DNA of 64,000 nt from Solobacterium sp. (GTDB lineage Bacteria > Bacillota_I > Bacilli_A > Erysipelotrichales > Erysipelotrichaceae): NCBI GenBank assembly GCA_022486935.1, contig JAKVJO010000001.1, positions 4,820-68,819 on the forward strand. The letters are read 5' to 3'. This document shows positions 59,673 through 64,000 of the stretch, piece by piece; the first letter of the stretch is position 1; each line of letters begins with the position of its first letter. Under the pieces are notes generated by a model. The model ran no database searches. It was given only the letters and a program-made list of their open reading frames with translations, and had not been told where the DNA came from. Made by a program: the position numbers and the translations under genes.

Positions 59673-60671
59673 ATGGAAAAGAACAAGCATACAAAACTGT
59701 GGGTGGTACTGATTGTTATCATTGCGATTGCCGCATGTCTGTTGGGATATGAGGTCTTTTTCCATAATGCATCAAAAGCAGCGGATCCTGCTGCAGTCAG
59801 CACTCCGAAGGCGACGATCTCATCTGTTGGCAACCAGACCAAACCGTCCGCATCCACGTCACTGGATCAGACAGCAGTGTCTGTTTCCGGCTATACCGTT
59901 TATCAGCTGGATGATATTGACTTCCGCTTCATCATCGCCAAAGTCCATGTCAAGTCAGACAGTGCGCTGAATCTCAGTCTGGATCATTTCAAGACCAGTG
60001 AGGGAATCACGCTTGACCAGGTCAGCGACTATGTCACACAGCTGGAGTCCCATTCCTATTACCTTGGCAGACAGAATGTCTGGTTCTCCATCATCTCCCA
60101 GAACAGTGAAACAGATACGAACCTGTTTATCCCGGTCAAGGACAGCACGCTGACTTCACTGACCGTATCAACAGACTTTGGAAACAATGCAGACATGACA
60201 TTCAATCTGAATGATCCGAAGGGGAGTTCCAGCGATCTGCTGTATCAGGCAGATGATGTCATCACTGATGGAAAGAGCTATGAGATGACCGTATCGGAAG
60301 CCTTCGATATCACCGGCAGCTACTTATATCAGACTGTGGACAATGAACAGCAGGAATTCCTGCTGCCATCCACAACCAAGGTATATGCATTCCATGTACA
60401 GGCAGTATCGCTCTGGGGCGACAGTGTCACCCTGGAATCTGCCCAGTATGTACCGGAAGGATCTTCCGAAACATTTGATGCACTGGATGCTTCGATCAGG
60501 TCAGAGAAGTTTGATAACATTCTCGGCAAAACGATCAGTGACAAAGATTCCGGATATCTGTTCTTCTATGCATTCGATCCGGATGATAACCCGATCACCT
60601 ATCACGGGGTGCTGAAACTGAAACTGCAGGGCAGTGATTCTGTGATCACTGTCAATGTGAATCTGAACTGA
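59673..60671 (+). CDS. Hypothetical N-terminally anchored extracytoplasmic protein
   Basis: Single N-terminal TM, S/T/A linker, beta-rich acidic body. Confidence 0.75.
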   Translation: MEKNKHTKLWVVLIVIIAIAACLLGYEVFFHNASKAADPAAVSTPKATISSVGNQTKPSASTSLDQTAVSVSGYTVYQLDDIDFRFIIAKVHVKSDSALNLSLDHFKTSEGITLDQVSDYVTQLESHSYYLGRQNVWFSIISQNSETDTNLFIPVKDSTLTSLTVSTDFGNNADMTFNLNDPKGSSSDLLYQADDVITDGKSYEMTVSEAFDITGSYLYQTVDNEQQEFLLPSTTKVYAFHVQAVSLWGDSVTLESAQYVPEGSSETFDALDASIRSEKFDNILGKTISDKDSGYLFFYAFDPDDNPITYHGVLKLKLQGSDSVITVNVNLN

Positions 60672-60681
60672 GGATATAAAT

Positions 60682-63600
60682 ATGATGCGGATATTGAAAA
60701 AGGGAAAAACACTGGTGCTGGCTGCGGCAATGATACTGACGTCATTTCCGGTTTTCATGCATGCAGAAGTCAGCGTACAGGCTGAGACAGACTTTGGCTA
60801 TTATCCGATGCAGTGCAGCAGCGGACAGTACGAAGTAGATACCGTAAACAATGACGGAAGCTATTCCAAGATTGCCTGCACAGCAGATATTGCGACTGCC
60901 AAGTCCACCATGTATGCAAATACCGATGCAGTCGTACGGCACAGTGCCAGCCACAGTCAGACGCATGTCATCATGATGAACTATGGCATTGTCTATTCTT
61001 ACCCGCAGCGCGATAACTCCAATACTGTCAAGATTACCAATTTCTACAACGACAGCAGTGATTCCAACAAGTATACCTATGTCACAGTTCATCGTGAGAT
61101 GTCCTATGAAGGAACGTATGATTATAATCCGGCTACCGGTGACGGTACGGTTGCCGTAACCCTGAATGGATTTTCCGGATACATCAGTCTGAAAGATATC
61201 GACCTTGTGCCGATGAAGTATGTCAACAATCATATTTCCATCTGGCTGGGCGGCAACCAGACCTCAGGCTACTATGAAGATCCATTCCAGACATATGTCT
61301 ATCAGGGCTACTACAAAGTAGAACAGAACGGCAACTATCTGGACCTGGTTTATCACTGCCACAGCGGCTGGGCAGATCCGAAAAATTCTTCCCATGAACC
61401 GGCTGAGTGGACATTTGATATCGGCCCGGCAGCAGACTGGATGACATCCGGGGCAGTCTATTACTCCAAAAATGGATCAACGTTCTACAGTGATCGCTAC
61501 TACAATTCTCAGGCAGGCACTTATTACAGTTATTATCAGTTTCTGCCATTGAGATCAGAGTCTTCGATCAGTGCTTCAACATTCAATACATTCCTGACTT
61601 CGAAGGGAAAGAATTCTTCCAGCAAACTGTGGGATACCGGCCAGACATTCCTGGATGCCCAGAGTAACTACGGCGTCAACGGACTGCTGGTCTATGCAAT
61701 GGCATGCCTTGAATCAGCGTATGGAACCAGCAGCTATGCACAGAACAGAAACAATCTCTTTGGCTGGTCTGCCTATGACTCTGATCCGGATTCGGCATCC
61801 ACATTCAGTTCAGTGACCCAGGCAATCAATGAGCAGATGGGCATCAACCTGCGTGGCTACATTGATACCAATGATATAAGATTCTTCGGCCCTCAGCTTG
61901 GCAATAAGGGATCCGGCCTGAATGTGAAGTATGCCGGCGATCCATACTGGGGCATGAAGATTGTGGCAATTGCCTATGACATCGACAAATGTGATAACGG
62001 TTATGACGGTACACTGACTGACTACAATTCTGAATCAGTCGGTGTCATCACAAATGATCAGTTCACCAGTGTCCTCGGATCCATCAACGGCTCAGAGATT
62101 TATTCCACTGCCTATGGTGCAAGGTACCAGAAGAACCACATGGTTACTGTTCTTGCGTCAAGCGGCGACTGGTATGAGATCCAGTCGACTGACTATCTGG
62201 AGAATGGCACTGCCAAGAACTTTATCAAACAGAATATCGGATTGATCAATTATAACTGGAGCACGAATATCGGCTGGGTCAAGAAGTCCAGCGTTACGCT
62301 GGTCAACAATACTGCACTGGTGGAAAAGGGTACCGAGCCTACCGGAGATGCAGTTCATACCCTGAACAGTATCAGCTGGTCTTCCAGCGGCTTATTGACA
62401 TTGACCGGAAGTAATTACCGGCCTGGCATCTATGTCACTTCAGACAACACTGCAGCCCAGACCATCAGTGTTCAGGATGATACCTTTACCGAAGTGAAGA
62501 ACGTCAATCTTGTCACTTCACTTTCAGGCAGCGATGTACTGAACTGGAGCACCAACCTGGATGTCTCCTCACTGGAGAATGGCGTCTACTTCTTCAAGGT
62601 CTCCACTGCCTACAGTTCATTGACGGATTATAACGACAGCTATCAGCTGAGCACTGCTTCCACACTGCCGGATGATTTGATGAAGAACGGAAAGACATAT
62701 CATCTGTCTGCAGATCCTGACAGCGACATGATCAAGCTGACAATCTCTGATGTGGTATGCGGAGCCGGTGCAAGTTATGACTCTGCAACAGATGCATGTG
62801 TATGTGTCAGCGGATATGAGAACTACGTTTCCGGTACCGGATGCACGGCAAAGCCGGCTGATGAATCCAGTCTGACGATCATGCGCAGTGCGAACTCTGC
62901 ATCGTATCAGTCCGACGGACACACGGTTGATATTTCCGGTGTTGCCTTTATCCAGGGGATGAATGCAACAAAGGATCAGACAGATATTACAGATACAGTG
63001 GTACTGGTCAATATGGAGACCGGAGAAGAAACCGCTGTTGATACCGTCACTTCCAGTCTAGCCAATGCATACAACCTGTATGACGGCTATGACTATACCC
63101 AGATCAAGTATTCAGCTTCGATCGATCTTGCGACATTGACTCCGGGCAACTATTACCTGAAAGTCAAAGTGACAAACGGCGATGTGAGTCAGGATGCGAC
63201 GCTTGTCATGGTCAGCGGATCTGAAGGACTTGATTCAAAGTCCTATACCAGATCAGATGGTTACAAGGCAGTCTTCAAGGCAAGTCCGCAGTCCAGCTAC
63301 CGTCTTGAAATCAGAATTGAAAAGACCGGCCTGGATACTTCAGTCATCAGCAAGCCTACCCGGAGTGCTTCCATCTTCGGCGTCAACAAGATGTCTTTGA
63401 CAAACGGCACACTGACCATGGATGGCTATACATTCATGAATGGCACCACCGTTACTGCATCAGACCAGCCTTCAGAGCAGATTCTGCTGGTCAATGAAGA
63501 TGACGGCAGCGTCACTTCAGTTACGCCAAAGGCCACCAGCAAAGCATGTTCGTTTGATATTACTTCTCTGCGTGGATCCAGCTATGATATTTCGAATTCA

Positions 63601-63873
63601 TGCTTCAGTGTTTCCAGCGATCTGAGTGAAATTCCAGCGGGTACCTACGTCATGTACATGGATATTTCTGCCGGCAGCTACCGCGATATCTTTGAGATGT
63701 CCAGTGTCAGCGACCTGACCATGCCGACCGGGACAAAGGACGGCCGTACCTATTCCATTGCCAAGTCGGAAGTCCGCAGCCGCTTCATCCTGACGATTAC
63801 CGATGCGACGCCATCTGTTCAGTCTGCTGAGTCTTCAGCTTCTGCAGAGTCGTCTGCTTCACCGGAACAGTAA
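60682..63873 (+). CDS. Secreted glucosaminidase (GH73-type) cell-wall hydrolase with Ig-like repeats
   Basis: Signal peptide; YGVNGLLVYAMACLESAYG, NNLFG, NVKYAGDPYWG; SH3b-like segment; three repeats ending in L..G.Y. Confidence 0.85.
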   Translation: MMRILKKGKTLVLAAAMILTSFPVFMHAEVSVQAETDFGYYPMQCSSGQYEVDTVNNDGSYSKIACTADIATAKSTMYANTDAVVRHSASHSQTHVIMMNYGIVYSYPQRDNSNTVKITNFYNDSSDSNKYTYVTVHREMSYEGTYDYNPATGDGTVAVTLNGFSGYISLKDIDLVPMKYVNNHISIWLGGNQTSGYYEDPFQTYVYQGYYKVEQNGNYLDLVYHCHSGWADPKNSSHEPAEWTFDIGPAADWMTSGAVYYSKNGSTFYSDRYYNSQAGTYYSYYQFLPLRSESSISASTFNTFLTSKGKNSSSKLWDTGQTFLDAQSNYGVNGLLVYAMACLESAYGTSSYAQNRNNLFGWSAYDSDPDSASTFSSVTQAINEQMGINLRGYIDTNDIRFFGPQLGNKGSGLNVKYAGDPYWGMKIVAIAYDIDKCDNGYDGTLTDYNSESVGVITNDQFTSVLGSINGSEIYSTAYGARYQKNHMVTVLASSGDWYEIQSTDYLENGTAKNFIKQNIGLINYNWSTNIGWVKKSSVTLVNNTALVEKGTEPTGDAVHTLNSISWSSSGLLTLTGSNYRPGIYVTSDNTAAQTISVQDDTFTEVKNVNLVTSLSGSDVLNWSTNLDVSSLENGVYFFKVSTAYSSLTDYNDSYQLSTASTLPDDLMKNGKTYHLSADPDSDMIKLTISDVVCGAGASYDSATDACVCVSGYENYVSGTGCTAKPADESSLTIMRSANSASYQSDGHTVDISGVAFIQGMNATKDQTDITDTVVLVNMETGEETAVDTVTSSLANAYNLYDGYDYTQIKYSASIDLATLTPGNYYLKVKVTNGDVSQDATLVMVSGSEGLDSKSYTRSDGYKAVFKASPQSSYRLEIRIEKTGLDTSVISKPTRSASIFGVNKMSLTNGTLTMDGYTFMNGTTVTASDQPSEQILLVNEDDGSVTSVTPKATSKACSFDITSLRGSSYDISNSCFSVSSDLSEIPAGTYVMYMDISAGSYRDIFEMSSVSDLTMPTGTKDGRTYSIAKSEVRSRFILTITDATPSVQSAESSASAESSASPEQ

Positions 63874-63899
63874 GTGTTTTGTATAAAGGGGACTGTAAG

Positions 63900-64000
63900 A
63901 TGAGTGTTGATTTCACCAACAAAACAACCAGAATTCTGATGATCATTGCCGGTGTACTGGTCGTGGCGACCGCAGGTACGATTGTTTATTACGGACAGAA
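63900..64000 (+). CDS. Start of a gene with an N-terminal TM (truncated by window end)
   Basis: AGGGGA RBS, MSVDFTNKTTRILMIIAGVLVVATAGTIVYYGQ. Confidence 0.6.
   Translation, partial: MSVDFTNKTTRILMIIAGVLVVATAGTIVYYGQ

Overview
Gene-dense chromosomal segment of a Firmicute, most likely an Erysipelotrichaceae-like anaerobe (inferred from gene order and protein style, not from a database search). It contains an opp peptide ABC operon (5'-truncated oppA, oppBCDF) with a cysteine-desulfidase-like gene, then rpsP-khpA-rimM-trmD. About 31.7 kb of accessory genes separate trmD from rplS, followed by rplS-lepB-rbgA-rnhB-dprA-topA-trmFO-xerC and rpsB-tsf-(ppx)-pyrH-frr-(ABC ATPase)-uppS-cdsA-dxr-rseP-galE, ending in a large GH73-type cell-wall hydrolase. 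I saw no tRNA, rRNA, CRISPR array, IS element or prophage. The most interesting signals are non-coding or very small. They are: a candidate csRNA-like small RNA with two C-rich loops behind an OmpR/CiaR-style direct-repeat promoter, just before an orphan PilJ-like zinc pilin; an unrecognised attenuator-like leader with twin AGGAA hairpins in front of an ECF S component; a tandem pair of paralogous mini helix-turn-helix ORFs behind a TGTACA-N6-TGTACA site; five apparently leaderless genes; an identical 11-mer upstream of the rplS and rpsB promoters; an in-frame amber codon in a CPBP protease gene; and an EGF-like cysteine module inside the GH73 hydrolase. All family assignments come from reading motifs by eye.
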